DNA from: Rickettsiales bacterium
GTDB taxonomy: Bacteria > Pseudomonadota > Alphaproteobacteria > Rickettsiales > SXRF01
Length of the DNA stretch: 64,000 nucleotides
Assembly (NCBI GenBank): GCA_964231325.1
Contig: CAXRIF010000003.1
Coordinates: forward strand, 1,234,325-1,298,324
Direction of reading: 5' to 3'
The translations under genes and the position numbers were made by a program. The number at the start of each line of letters is the position of its first letter. Position 1 is the stretch's first letter. Shown in pieces: positions 1 through 9,463 of the stretch. The notes under the pieces are model-generated. The model did no database searches. It saw only the letters and a list, made by a program, of their open reading frames with translations, and was not told the origin of the DNA.

Positions 1-168
1 TTTCTTAGTCCAACAAAATTCTTGGTACCTGATAAGGTAGCAAGTGCACACAAAAGCGCTGCCATGAAGAAAGCAAGACAAGAACGTGGTGACGATTGGG
101 GTACTAGAGCACGAGAAGATAGCCGTAGAGCAAGAGCGGAACGTAGAAATACCGAACGCGGAGCCTAA
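1..168 (+). CDS. 3' end of an unidentified CDS truncated by the window edge (Arg/Glu-rich C-terminal tail)
   Basis: Frame 1 is open from nt 1 to TAA at 166-168 (...AMKKARQERGDDWGTRAREDSRRARAERRNTERGA*). No family is recognisable from 55 residues. Confidence 0.25.
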   Translation, partial: FLSPTKFLVPDKVASAHKSAAMKKARQERGDDWGTRAREDSRRARAERRNTERGA

Positions 169-1193
169 TGCACCTCGACGATCTCGTCCATGGAGACCTG
201 ATTACGGCCGGTGTGTTTGGCGATAAACAGACGTTTATCTGCCGTTTTGTAGATCGTTTCCGCATCGAGGTTTTCATCAAAACGAGCGGAGGCAATACCG
301 ATAGACACGGTGCAACCAATTAGCGGATTGTTATTATCCATCATAAAGGTTTCTTTTGCCACCGACGTACGGATGCGCTCACCTACCCAATAAGCACCTG
401 CCGCCGGAGTTTGCGGTAAAATCACCGCGAATTCTTCACCCCCGATGCGCGCGCCCGTATCTGTTTCACGCAGGCAACTCATGATAATTTTAGCTACTCC
501 TTGCAACACCTTGTCACCCATCTGCTGGCCATAATTATTATTCACGTTACGGAAGTGATCCATATCGATCAACAAGATCGACAAATCCTCATGGCTGCGC
601 TTGATGCGTTTCAATTCTTCTTCCAATCGATCAAAGAAAATTGCCCGGCTGGCAAGCCCAGTCAACTGATCAGTAGAAGTTACACGCGCCAATTCTTCTT
701 TCGCTTGCTCTTCTGCTTCCACACGCTCTGTGATGTCACGCAAGGAGCCTACGGAACCGACGATATTTCCTTCATCATCGAACCATGGGTAAGACACATC
801 CGACACCCATATCTTGCGACCGTCTTTGGTACGCATCAGATAATCCGCTTGCCATTTATGCACTTCACCACGCTTGCGATCTTCTTCGAACTTGTCAAAC
901 GAATCGACGGGTTTCAATGCGTTACTCACAATCCGCGTTTCCAAAATCAACGTACGAATATTAAGGCTAAGCATTTCCTCCTGAGTGAAACCAAGCAACC
1001 GCACCACAGATGGGCTGACATAGTCATATTTCATGCTGTCGTAACGCAGGCGATAAATAACATCATTGGAATAAGACGTAAGCAACGTGATTTCTGCGCG
1101 CAATTCATCAACCGTGGCAGCGGAGTAGCTCTCGGAATTGTTTGGCGCTTTGCGGACATAGCCCTTTAGCGTGCTGGTTTCGTCTTCGCTCAT
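165..1193 (-). CDS. PAS-domain diguanylate cyclase (GGDEF)
   Basis: 342 aa. N-terminal PAS-like region, then a GGDEF domain with an intact GGEEF active site (RIGGEEFAVILP). An RxxD I-site (RETD) lies 5 residues upstream. ATG at 1193. Confidence 0.85.
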   Translation of the reverse strand: MSEDETSTLKGYVRKAPNNSESYSAATVDELRAEITLLTSYSNDVIYRLRYDSMKYDYVSPSVVRLLGFTQEEMLSLNIRTLILETRIVSNALKPVDSFDKFEEDRKRGEVHKWQADYLMRTKDGRKIWVSDVSYPWFDDEGNIVGSVGSLRDITERVEAEEQAKEELARVTSTDQLTGLASRAIFFDRLEEELKRIKRSHEDLSILLIDMDHFRNVNNNYGQQMGDKVLQGVAKIIMSCLRETDTGARIGGEEFAVILPQTPAAGAYWVGERIRTSVAKETFMMDNNNPLIGCTVSIGIASARFDENLDAETIYKTADKRLFIAKHTGRNQVSMDEIVEVH

Positions 1194-1304
1194 GTATTAC
1201 TTCGTATAAATTTCAACCGGCGCAGTATATAGCGCTAAACACGAATGTTTGTTAAGGTTTTTTGACAATTATTAAATTGAAGCGTTATAAATCAATGGCT
1301 TAAT

Positions 1305-3167
1305 TTATGCCGCCAAGCCTTTTTCCATGAAACTTTGCAAACGACGAGTAAACTCCGCCGGATCGACAATGTCTTCTCCCTCGAGAATACGCGCCTGATC
1401 AAAGAGCAACCACACCACGTCGTCGATATCTTCCCTATCGCCTAGCGCACGAATGATAGCGTGATTCGGGTTCACCTCCAAAATTTTAGCCGTCGCATTT
1501 TCCAGTTGTTTTTGTTCAAGCAGGAAACGCTCAAGGCGCATATCCATCGCCCCCTCTTCTACTGCCAAACACACCGCACTAGAGGTCAGCTTATCGGTAG
1601 TACGTACATCCTGCACCTTATCACCCAGAATAGCTTTGATACGTTCGCAAAGCGCTTTGCTTTGCGCATCATCTGTTTGTTCTTCTGGCTTAGCTTCGTC
1701 TTTTTTATCACCTGATAATTCATCCAGCTTGATATCTGCACGCGTAACTGATTTGAGCTTTTTGCCCTTATAGTCAGTCACCACGTTCACCCAGAAATCA
1801 TCCACATGATCGGTAAGCAGCAACACCTCTATACCACGATTTACAAAGCCCTCGATCTGTGGGCTGGCTCGCAAACTATCCAGCTTCTCACCTGTGAGGT
1901 AATATATTTCCTCCTGATCCGGCTTCATGCGCTCGATATAGGAATCCAGACTAGCCATTCCCTCTTCTGAATTACTTGAATGGAAACGACACACTTCAAG
2001 AAGCTGCTCACGCGGAGTTGCTGCTTCACACAACCCTTCCTTCAGCACCGCACCAAAATTGTTCCAGAAGTCGAGATAGGCCGTTTCGTCGTTGGCGGCT
2101 TTTTTCTTCAGCTCAGAAAGCACCCGACTTACCAGTGAATCACGTATCTTGGTAAGAATAGGGTTATTTTGTAGCGACTCACGGCTGATGTTGAGTGGCA
2201 GATCCTCTGAATCTACAATGCCGCGCATGAAACGCATATAGGCTGGCACCAGATCAACATTTTCATCGGTGATGAATACACGCTTCACATAAAGCTTCAC
2301 CCGGCGCTTACGATCAGGATGAAACATATCAAACGGTTTCATACCCGGCACGAACAACAGGCTGGTATATTCCAGCTTCCCTTCCGCCTTATTGTGCAGC
2401 GTCAGCCATGGCTCATCAGGCGAATGGGCAATATGATGGTAGAACTCTTTATATTGCTCTTCGGTGATGTCACTTTTAGAACGGGTCCACAGTGCTGACG
2501 CTGAGTTTGCCGTCTCCGCCTCTTCCTCACCTTCGGCAATCAGAATAGGAAACGCTATATGATCCGAATAGGTTTGAATAATGTGGCGCAGGCGGAATTT
2601 ATCAAGATATTCTTCTTCCTCTGGCTTGATATGTAGCGTGATGCTTGTGCCGCGGCCCTTTGCCTCTACGGACTCGATGCTGAATTCGCCGGTGCCTTCG
2701 GATTCCCAACTCCATGCCTGTTCGCTTCCAGCGGCTTGCGAAATCACACTCACCTTGTTCGCCACCATGAAGGAAGAATAAAAACCTACGCCAAACTGCC
2801 CAATAAGCGGCATATCTTTTTTATTGTCGCCAGTCAGTTTAGCCACGAACTCCTGTGTGCCTGATTTCGCAATCGTACCTAGATTCTCGATCAGCTCATC
2901 GCGGCTCATCCCCACCCCATTATCGGAAATGGTGATCGTCTTTGCTTCTTTATTAATCAGAATATTGATTTTGAAATCCGGATCGTCTTTGGTGAGTTCC
3001 GGCTTGGTGATCGCCATATGACGCAGTTTGTCACATGCATCAGACGCATTTGACACCAGCTCGCGTAGAAAAATACCTTTATTCGTGTATAAAGAGTGAA
3101 TCATTAATTGCAGAACTTTGCTTACTTCTGCATTAAATTTAAGTAATTCTTTGCTTTTTTCAGTCAT
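1305..3167 (-). CDS. htpG: Molecular chaperone HtpG (Hsp90)
   Basis: The N-terminus carries the Hsp90 ATPase signature (LMIHSLYTNKGIFLRELVSNASDACDKLR, IGQFGVGFYS). Length is about 620 aa. The ORF opens at GTG 3173; ATG 3167 was chosen. Confidence 0.95.
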   Translation of the reverse strand: MTEKSKELLKFNAEVSKVLQLMIHSLYTNKGIFLRELVSNASDACDKLRHMAITKPELTKDDPDFKINILINKEAKTITISDNGVGMSRDELIENLGTIAKSGTQEFVAKLTGDNKKDMPLIGQFGVGFYSSFMVANKVSVISQAAGSEQAWSWESEGTGEFSIESVEAKGRGTSITLHIKPEEEEYLDKFRLRHIIQTYSDHIAFPILIAEGEEEAETANSASALWTRSKSDITEEQYKEFYHHIAHSPDEPWLTLHNKAEGKLEYTSLLFVPGMKPFDMFHPDRKRRVKLYVKRVFITDENVDLVPAYMRFMRGIVDSEDLPLNISRESLQNNPILTKIRDSLVSRVLSELKKKAANDETAYLDFWNNFGAVLKEGLCEAATPREQLLEVCRFHSSNSEEGMASLDSYIERMKPDQEEIYYLTGEKLDSLRASPQIEGFVNRGIEVLLLTDHVDDFWVNVVTDYKGKKLKSVTRADIKLDELSGDKKDEAKPEEQTDDAQSKALCERIKAILGDKVQDVRTTDKLTSSAVCLAVEEGAMDMRLERFLLEQKQLENATAKILEVNPNHAIIRALGDREDIDDVVWLLFDQARILEGEDIVDPAEFTRRLQSFMEKGLAA

Positions 3168-3202
3168 AATCACCCAGTTTTATTGTATAATACATTCACA
3201 GT

Positions 3203-3234
3203 GCATATGGTAATTCAACTACAGAATGTCAAGA
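3203..3234 (-). promoter_or_regulatory. Candidate sigma-32 (RpoH) heat-shock promoter for htpG
   Basis: The minus strand reads CTCTTGACA-N14-taCCATAT, ending 37 nt upstream of the htpG ATG. This resembles the CTTGAA-N13-15-CCCCATNT heat-shock consensus. Pattern match only. Confidence 0.35.
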
Positions 3235-3248
3235 GAACGCATAGTATT

Positions 3249-4334
3249 ATGAGACAATTTCTTTTTATCATTTTATTTACCCTATTTTCTTTGCCTGCCA
3301 CGGCACAGCAAGCAACAGATGCCGGAGAGATTATTTATCGCGTTAACCTTGGTAATGCACGAGATGTAGCAATGTTGCTTGAAGAGGGAGCATCTGCTGA
3401 CCAAAAAGACTATAAGGGCACTCCACTTGTAGCACTAGCTGCGGCGCGCCCAGATAATGGTGGCCTTAAAATTCTGAGAACATTGTTCGAAGCAGGCGCA
3501 GATATTAATGCGAAAGACAGGCTGAATAGAAACGCGCTTTTTCATGCTGCGGCCAAGGGAAATGATAAGATTGTTGAGTTTTTGCTGGAAAACAAAATCA
3601 ACTATTATGCTGTAGATGCGAATGGCGATATCGCCAGAACCATTGCCTACCGCGAAGGACATAATGACATTGTACAGCAACTAGATGATTTCGTGCGCGC
3701 AGAAAATGAAAAAGTGGCCGATCAATATCGTGAACTTAGCAAAGCCCTTGAAGATCAATATAACGCCCAAGAAACCAAGAAACGTGTTGAGGCTGAAGAA
3801 GCTGCAAAAGAGGCGCTGGAACTAAGCCGAAAACTAACCGATGACCAGGAGCGCGCTAAGGAAATTCAAACAGCTCAAGCCGAAGAACTAGCCAGAAAGC
3901 GTGCATCTGATGAGGCATTACAAATGCAATATGACCTCGCTTTCCATGCTTGCGCTTTTCAGTATTGGTCTTTTTGCCGTGATGCCAGACAAACCTCTGA
4001 GCTTGAACCCGCGGCACTTCAGCATGCTATCGATTCACACCTGATACAAATCGGTAGCCTGAGTAAAAATATTCGCGAGACCTATAAGACTGGTAAAAAA
4101 TTCACAGATAAAATTATTAAATCGGCGCAGCATTCAGTGTTTAATGAGCTGAACAATATGCCATCTCGCACTTATCGTTTTGAGCTTGGGGTGTGCCAGA
4201 TGGAAGATTTAGTAAAACGCTGCAACGAGGTTTCAAAATATCCCGGACACATTACCGTGAAGAAAGCCGCAAAGCAGAAAAAGAAAGGCGGGTCTTCACG
4301 GCGCGGAACCAAACGTATTCGCGGTAAGCGATAG
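3249..4334 (+). CDS. Secreted/periplasmic ankyrin-repeat protein with coiled-coil region and poly-basic C-terminus
   Basis: Start chosen at M23 of the ORF (ATG 3249), giving a Sec-type signal peptide (MRQFLFIILFTLFSLPATA|QQ). It has 3-4 ankyrin repeats (GTPLVALAA..., NALFHAAAKGNDKIVEFLLENKIN, GDIARTIAYREGHNDIVQQL). A Glu/Ala/Lys-rich helical segment follows, and the tail is KKAAKQKKKGGSSRRGTKRIRGKR. Confidence 0.7.
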   Translation: MRQFLFIILFTLFSLPATAQQATDAGEIIYRVNLGNARDVAMLLEEGASADQKDYKGTPLVALAAARPDNGGLKILRTLFEAGADINAKDRLNRNALFHAAAKGNDKIVEFLLENKINYYAVDANGDIARTIAYREGHNDIVQQLDDFVRAENEKVADQYRELSKALEDQYNAQETKKRVEAEEAAKEALELSRKLTDDQERAKEIQTAQAEELARKRASDEALQMQYDLAFHACAFQYWSFCRDARQTSELEPAALQHAIDSHLIQIGSLSKNIRETYKTGKKFTDKIIKSAQHSVFNELNNMPSRTYRFELGVCQMEDLVKRCNEVSKYPGHITVKKAAKQKKKGGSSRRGTKRIRGKR

Positions 4335-4338
4335 TTTC

Positions 4339-6456
4339 TTAAGCTTGCTGGTCAGCAGCTAATTTTTGCAGGGCAGGATAATTAATTTTGCCATTACCCA
4401 AACGGGGTATTTCTTCGATATGTATAATTTTACGTGGCAATGAAATCTCTGCAACACCTTCCTTGCGAGCTTGAGCGACAAGCTCGTCACGCGTAAATTC
4501 AGAAGATTCAGAATAGAGAATAATTTGTTCCCCTTTGCGCGGATCACTAATAGCAATTGCCGCATGCGCAACATCAGCGCACGCACGAAGCGCTAACTCT
4601 TCTACCGCAAGCAATGAGACCATCTCGCCACCGATTTTAGCAAAACGTTTTGCGCGCCCCAAAATGGTGATGTAGCCATCTTCATCAATATCCACAATAT
4701 CGCCGGTGTCATACCATTCCCCTTGCGGTTGAATCACGCCGGGTTGGTCCGCCTTCAAGTAGCCTAACATTACATTGGGCCCTTTGATGAAAAGCCTACC
4801 ACCTTGCTCTATCCCTTCGACCGGTTCCAGTTTGCATTCCATACCAGGGAACGGCCTACCCACTGTGCCGTGTTTGTGTTCGATATAGGTATTGAACGAT
4901 ACGACCGGGCTGGTTTCCGTTACGCCGTAGCCCTGCATGATGTTTACATTAAAACGATCTACCCAGAGCTTGCGTGTTTCATCTTTCAGTTTCTCTGCCC
5001 CTGCCACAGCCAAACGCACACTATGGAAATCGTAATCGTGTGCATAGCGCGCATAGCCGTTAAAGAAGGTATCGGTGCCAAGCATGATGGTTGCATCCGT
5101 GTCGTAAATCAGCTCAGGGATAATCCTATAATGCAGTGGGCTAGGATATAGAAACACCTTGATTCCACGCAATAGGGGCAAAATCATACCCACCGTAAGC
5201 CCGAAAGAATGAAAGATCGGCATTGCATTAAACAACCTGTCCACAGGCATTAAGTCTAACCGCGAACAAGCTTGCTCAAGGTTAGAAAGCAGGTTGATGT
5301 GTGAAAGCGCTACGCCTTTTGGCGCCCCTTCCGAACCAGAAGTATAGAGAATAACGGCTGGTTCTTGCGGATTTGTATTTTTGAGCACATGCCTTAAATG
5401 ACGGCGCGGTGAGAAGCCTTTATAAAGCCCGCACAGCTTGTCGAACACCCCAATTTCAGGACGTAGATCCTCGAGATAAATAACCGTGTATTTGTTTTCG
5501 AGAGCTTCAGCAATGTGTTCTAACTGCCCCTTCTCAATAAAAGCACGCGAGGTAAGAATCATTTTAACGCAAGCAATATTACAGGCGTGCAAAATATTTG
5601 CTTCGCCAGAAGAAAAGTTAAGCATGCAAGGTGTTTTTCCCAGCATATGCAGGGAAACAAAAGTGACCATTCCGCCTAATGCATTGGGAAGTAAGAACCC
5701 TACATTTTGCTGATCTTTAAGGCGAGCTGATAACTTACCGCTCAGCACAAACCCTTTAATAAATAGCTGGCGATAGGTCATGTCCGCACGCGTCAGGTCG
5801 GTCGCTATTTCATGTTTGCCACCGTTAAATTCATACGCCTCACAAATCGCATCCAACACTGGGCGTTTATAATCACTAGCCTCGAATGCCGCATTCGTCA
5901 GTATATCGTATAGGGATTCGTCTTTTGTCACTTTTTTAGGCGGCAATATGGTGACACGAAGCTTGGGGAACATACGCTGGCGTAACAGTTTTCCCACTTT
6001 GGAAAGCGTAGAGTATTCTGCCCCATCAATATGCACAGGCAGCACCACCGCATCAGTTTTATCAATCAGCAAGCGGGCACCATCATAGGTTTTCATAATG
6101 CCGCCCGTGGTGCTGATCCGCCCTTCCGGGAAAATCACCACTTTGCCACGCTCTTTCATATCTGTTATGAGCGCCTTCATGGTCATTGGCTTGGTGGGAT
6201 CAAGCTTGTAGAGCTTTACGATATGGTCGATCCAGCGGAAATACCATTTATCTGCCTGAAATACATTCATGGCAAAAGCCGGCTTTTCGGGCATCAGCAC
6301 GGCAATTAAAAATGGATCTAAAAAAGAGACATGGTTCGGCAGAATAATGACCTTGTCTCCTGCAGCGTGATAATGTTCCAGCCCACGCACTTCCACACGA
6401 AAGAAAATTTTCAAAAACGCCGTAAGAAAAGGCCTAAGAATCCAGTTTTCTAGCAT
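4339..6456 (-). CDS. aas: Bifunctional 2-acylglycerophosphoethanolamine acyltransferase / acyl-ACP synthetase (Aas-like)
   Basis: 705 aa. The N-terminal PlsC-type acyltransferase carries the HX4D motif (NHVSFLD). The C-terminal adenylate-forming domain has YTSGSEGAPKGV and a GYGVTE-type motif. It overlaps the upstream MFS gene by 23 nt. Confidence 0.8.
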   Translation of the reverse strand: MLENWILRPFLTAFLKIFFRVEVRGLEHYHAAGDKVIILPNHVSFLDPFLIAVLMPEKPAFAMNVFQADKWYFRWIDHIVKLYKLDPTKPMTMKALITDMKERGKVVIFPEGRISTTGGIMKTYDGARLLIDKTDAVVLPVHIDGAEYSTLSKVGKLLRQRMFPKLRVTILPPKKVTKDESLYDILTNAAFEASDYKRPVLDAICEAYEFNGGKHEIATDLTRADMTYRQLFIKGFVLSGKLSARLKDQQNVGFLLPNALGGMVTFVSLHMLGKTPCMLNFSSGEANILHACNIACVKMILTSRAFIEKGQLEHIAEALENKYTVIYLEDLRPEIGVFDKLCGLYKGFSPRRHLRHVLKNTNPQEPAVILYTSGSEGAPKGVALSHINLLSNLEQACSRLDLMPVDRLFNAMPIFHSFGLTVGMILPLLRGIKVFLYPSPLHYRIIPELIYDTDATIMLGTDTFFNGYARYAHDYDFHSVRLAVAGAEKLKDETRKLWVDRFNVNIMQGYGVTETSPVVSFNTYIEHKHGTVGRPFPGMECKLEPVEGIEQGGRLFIKGPNVMLGYLKADQPGVIQPQGEWYDTGDIVDIDEDGYITILGRAKRFAKIGGEMVSLLAVEELALRACADVAHAAIAISDPRKGEQIILYSESSEFTRDELVAQARKEGVAEISLPRKIIHIEEIPRLGNGKINYPALQKLAADQQA

Positions 6457-7726
6457 ACCATACCACCATCAAGTTAAGTGCAGCCACAAGTAGAAATAAA
6501 TCTTTAATAGTTAAACCAGCAAGGAGCAAGAGTGCAGATACTAATGCGGCCAGTGTCATAAATATGGAATCACTCATATTACTAGCGGCAATAACGCGTG
6601 ATCGGAACTGGTCTTCCGCGCGCGATTGTAAAAGCGCATAAAGTGGCACCATGTATATGCCCCCACAAATAGCCACCATTAACATACTTCCAATCACCGG
6701 CCATGCATGTGTGCTATTTAAGAAAGCAGTAATATCTAATAACCCTTCATGCTCTGGTTGCGAGGTGGCAAACACCATCACACAGGTGAATATAGTAATG
6801 CCAAGTGCTGCGTAGGGCGTGAGCTTTGCAGATATTTCGCCTTTGAGCAAAGTATCGCACAGAATGGAACCTATCGCGATGCCCACAGAAAAAAGCGTAA
6901 GGAATAAAATATAGACTTCGTTGTTCGCCTGCATCACGCTCTGCGCATAATTCGCAAATTGCGACATATACATAAAACTCACCAACATTATCCACGAAAG
7001 CGCAAAGATCGTATGAAGCGCCTTTTTATCTGCCCATGCATATTTGATGATGTCACAAGTACCGCGCCATAAATTTAAATCTATGTGGCCATCGGGATTC
7101 GCTCGCGTTGATGCAGGAATGAACAAACTTGCAATAAACCCTATTAGGGCCAATATCACCGCAGCATAGCCTATGGCATTGTCTGGCATCTCCACTAATA
7201 AGCCGCCAGCCACTGCGCCCATCAACACAGCAAGATAGCTCCCACCAGCCATGAAGCCATTGCCTGCCAGCAACTCGCCACTTTGCAAATGGTCTGGCAG
7301 AATACTAAATTTGATAGGGCTATAAAATGCGGTATGCGTACCACTGAAAAACAGCAGCACCATCAGCAGATAAATATTATTGGTGGCAAACCCATAAAAC
7401 GCACCTGCCATAATCAATAGCTCTGCACATTTGGTAAAAACTACTAAACGTGACTTTTCGTGCTTGTCTGCAAGTGAACCTGCAAGCGATGAAAATATGA
7501 AAATAGGCACCACTAACAATGCAGAACAAATAGTAACTAAAATTTCAGGCGATGTGGGCAGTGTAATACCTTTTTGTGCAGAGTATGCAATCAACACAAT
7601 CAAACCGGAACGCAGTAGATTGTCATTAAACGCACCTAAAAACGTGGCCACAAAAATTGGCCAGAAACGACGTTTGAGAAACAGGCTATATTTGAGATTT
7701 TCTAGATCAAGTTTATCGAGTTCCAC
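6434..7726 (-). CDS. lplT: MFS transporter, lysophospholipid transporter LplT-like
   Basis: 430 aa polytopic membrane protein of about 12 TM helices. It lies immediately upstream of aas and overlaps it, the classic lplT/aas partnership. GTG start. Confidence 0.7.
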   Translation of the reverse strand: MELDKLDLENLKYSLFLKRRFWPIFVATFLGAFNDNLLRSGLIVLIAYSAQKGITLPTSPEILVTICSALLVVPIFIFSSLAGSLADKHEKSRLVVFTKCAELLIMAGAFYGFATNNIYLLMVLLFFSGTHTAFYSPIKFSILPDHLQSGELLAGNGFMAGGSYLAVLMGAVAGGLLVEMPDNAIGYAAVILALIGFIASLFIPASTRANPDGHIDLNLWRGTCDIIKYAWADKKALHTIFALSWIMLVSFMYMSQFANYAQSVMQANNEVYILFLTLFSVGIAIGSILCDTLLKGEISAKLTPYAALGITIFTCVMVFATSQPEHEGLLDITAFLNSTHAWPVIGSMLMVAICGGIYMVPLYALLQSRAEDQFRSRVIAASNMSDSIFMTLAALVSALLLLAGLTIKDLFLLVAALNLMVVWYARKLDS

Positions 7727-7739
7727 ATGCCTGCCTTTT

Positions 7740-8792
7740 TCAGAGTGCTTCCTGCTGCTCTTCTTCTACAGGAGGCATATGAAATAGTTCGGTGACAGGG
7801 AGACTGCCTTCATAACCTTGCACTTGCAGTCGGTTTGTGGCCGCATCCGCAATGACACACAAGCGCGTGTTTGCGTTGATGATTGGTGCACGCAACCACG
7901 AAAAGCCCTCTTGCTCCAGTTCATAACCCCCGATAGAGCCTGCATGGCGATAACGACCTGCACTGTCTATTTCACGTGGCCACCAGCCTTTACCAGCCTT
8001 ATTAAAGCTACTTACAAAGTGATTGGTAGCATGAACATGATGATCTGCACTGAGATCAAATATCTCTGAATATTCCTCTAACCGCTCGATGACACAGCCC
8101 TCACCCGGTTTCATCCCCCCGAGAACAAAAGTGGCAGGAACAGCAAGCGGCGTTTTCATCAATTTTTCGCGCGCTTCGGCATAGGTAGCAGTATTCTCAA
8201 ATACGTCGCGTAGCAAATGTGCCGCAGGAATTGCATCGGATTTATAGGCCATCTTACGATTCGTTAGCCAATCACCAATAAAGCCCCGACCATGCTTACG
8301 CATAGGTGCCTGATTGATCGCCGCGGTAAAACGCCCCGGTGCCATACCGGTGAATACACCTGATATACCCGGCCAGGTAATGTTATAAAATTCTCCTGCT
8401 TTGCCTTCCTGATGCGCAATAATAACGTGCTTACCCAGCGCCGGAAATGGCCAATCGAGCACGCGCAGCATTGAAATGGTATCATTTGTGCGCCACATGC
8501 CGGAAGTACATCCCCATTCATAGCACAGATTAAGTGCATACACACCGCGCTGCTCTACGATATCGGCCATAGATTCAATTTCAGCCAGATAGGGGTTTCC
8601 TGTACGTTGCATCCAGCGATAGGAATATTTATCCGCAAAAGGCAAGGTTGCCGCACTTGCAATGTAGGATGGCAATCCCCAGGTGCGCCGCGCCGCTTGA
8701 ATCAATTCATAGGATTTGTCAGGAAAACTGCGCATCAAATCCACTGGCGTTTTGCCGCGCAAATCAACGAATGGAATAGAGTTCTTAAGCAT
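7740..8792 (-). CDS. Ntn-hydrolase, acid-ceramidase/NAAA-like linear amide C-N hydrolase (putative)
   Basis: 350 aa. A candidate nucleophile Cys follows a pro-segment of about 95 aa (EWGCTSGMW). RVLDWPF and ITWPGISGVFTGMAPGRFTAAINQ resemble the acid ceramidase/NAAA core motifs. No signal peptide. It ends 13 nt before lplT. Confidence 0.45.
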   Translation of the reverse strand: MLKNSIPFVDLRGKTPVDLMRSFPDKSYELIQAARRTWGLPSYIASAATLPFADKYSYRWMQRTGNPYLAEIESMADIVEQRGVYALNLCYEWGCTSGMWRTNDTISMLRVLDWPFPALGKHVIIAHQEGKAGEFYNITWPGISGVFTGMAPGRFTAAINQAPMRKHGRGFIGDWLTNRKMAYKSDAIPAAHLLRDVFENTATYAEAREKLMKTPLAVPATFVLGGMKPGEGCVIERLEEYSEIFDLSADHHVHATNHFVSSFNKAGKGWWPREIDSAGRYRHAGSIGGYELEQEGFSWLRAPIINANTRLCVIADAATNRLQVQGYEGSLPVTELFHMPPVEEEQQEAL

Positions 8793-8869
8793 TTGCAGGT
8801 TGCAGACTGGTTAGTGATGGCTGTATAGTGGCCACTTTCCGTGAAAAATACAAACACTTTGAGTAGATT

Positions 8870-9463
8870 ATGGCCACTAAAACTAAAAAACCAACACGCA
8901 AGCAAGCTGAAGATGCAGTGCGTACATTGATTCGTTGGGCAGGTGATGATCCAACTCGTGAAGGACTAATCGACACACCAAAACGTGTGGTGAAATCTTT
9001 TGATGAATTTTTCGCAGGCTACAAACAAAACCCAGCCAGTGTTCTAAAACGCACCTTTAAAGATGTTGGTGGCTATGACGAGATGATCGTGCTGCGCGAC
9101 ATTGATTTCAACTCACACTGCGAACATCACATGGTGCCATTTACCGGCCATGTGCATATTGCGTATATCCCTGACAAAAAAGTAATTGGCCTGAGTAAGC
9201 TTGCTCGCCTTGTTGATATTTATGCAAAACGCCTACAGATTCAGGAAAAATTCACCTCGCAAATTGCGCAAACCCTTCAGGATGTATTAAAGCCGCAAGG
9301 CGTGGCAGTGGTGGTTGAGGCAACGCATATGTGTATGACCATGCGCGGTGTGCACAAGCCAGACGGTATCATGCAAACCAGCCGCCTGCTCGGATCATTC
9401 CTTGAAGATCAGCGCACCCGTCAGGAATTTTTCAGCCTGCTTAGAATTCCAAAAAGACAATGA
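8870..9463 (+). CDS. folE: GTP cyclohydrolase I
   Basis: 197 aa with the [10 protein letters not shown] zinc-site motif and a typical FolE length. Confidence 0.95.
   Translation: MATKTKKPTRKQAEDAVRTLIRWAGDDPTREGLIDTPKRVVKSFDEFFAGYKQNPASVLKRTFKDVGGYDEMIVLRDIDFNSHCEHHMVPFTGHVHIAYIPDKKVIGLSKLARLVDIYAKRLQIQEKFTSQIAQTLQDVLKPQGVAVVVEATHMCMTMRGVHKPDGIMQTSRLLGSFLEDQRTRQEFFSLLRIPKRQ

Noticed and set aside
501-1169. 222 aa + strand ORF inside the GGDEF gene.
   Set aside because: The opposite strand encodes a clear PAS-GGDEF protein with intact motifs. The + strand translation has no recognisable features.
1262-1291. Near-consensus sigma-70 promoter-like sequence on the + strand (TTGACA-N17-TTATAA, or N18-TATAAA) between the GGDEF gene and htpG.
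   Set aside because: It points into the 3' end of htpG in antisense, with no + strand gene downstream. Chance matches are likely in an AT-rich spacer. A weaker minus-strand TTAACA-N18-TATATA could serve the GGDEF gene, but neither is supportable without TSS data.
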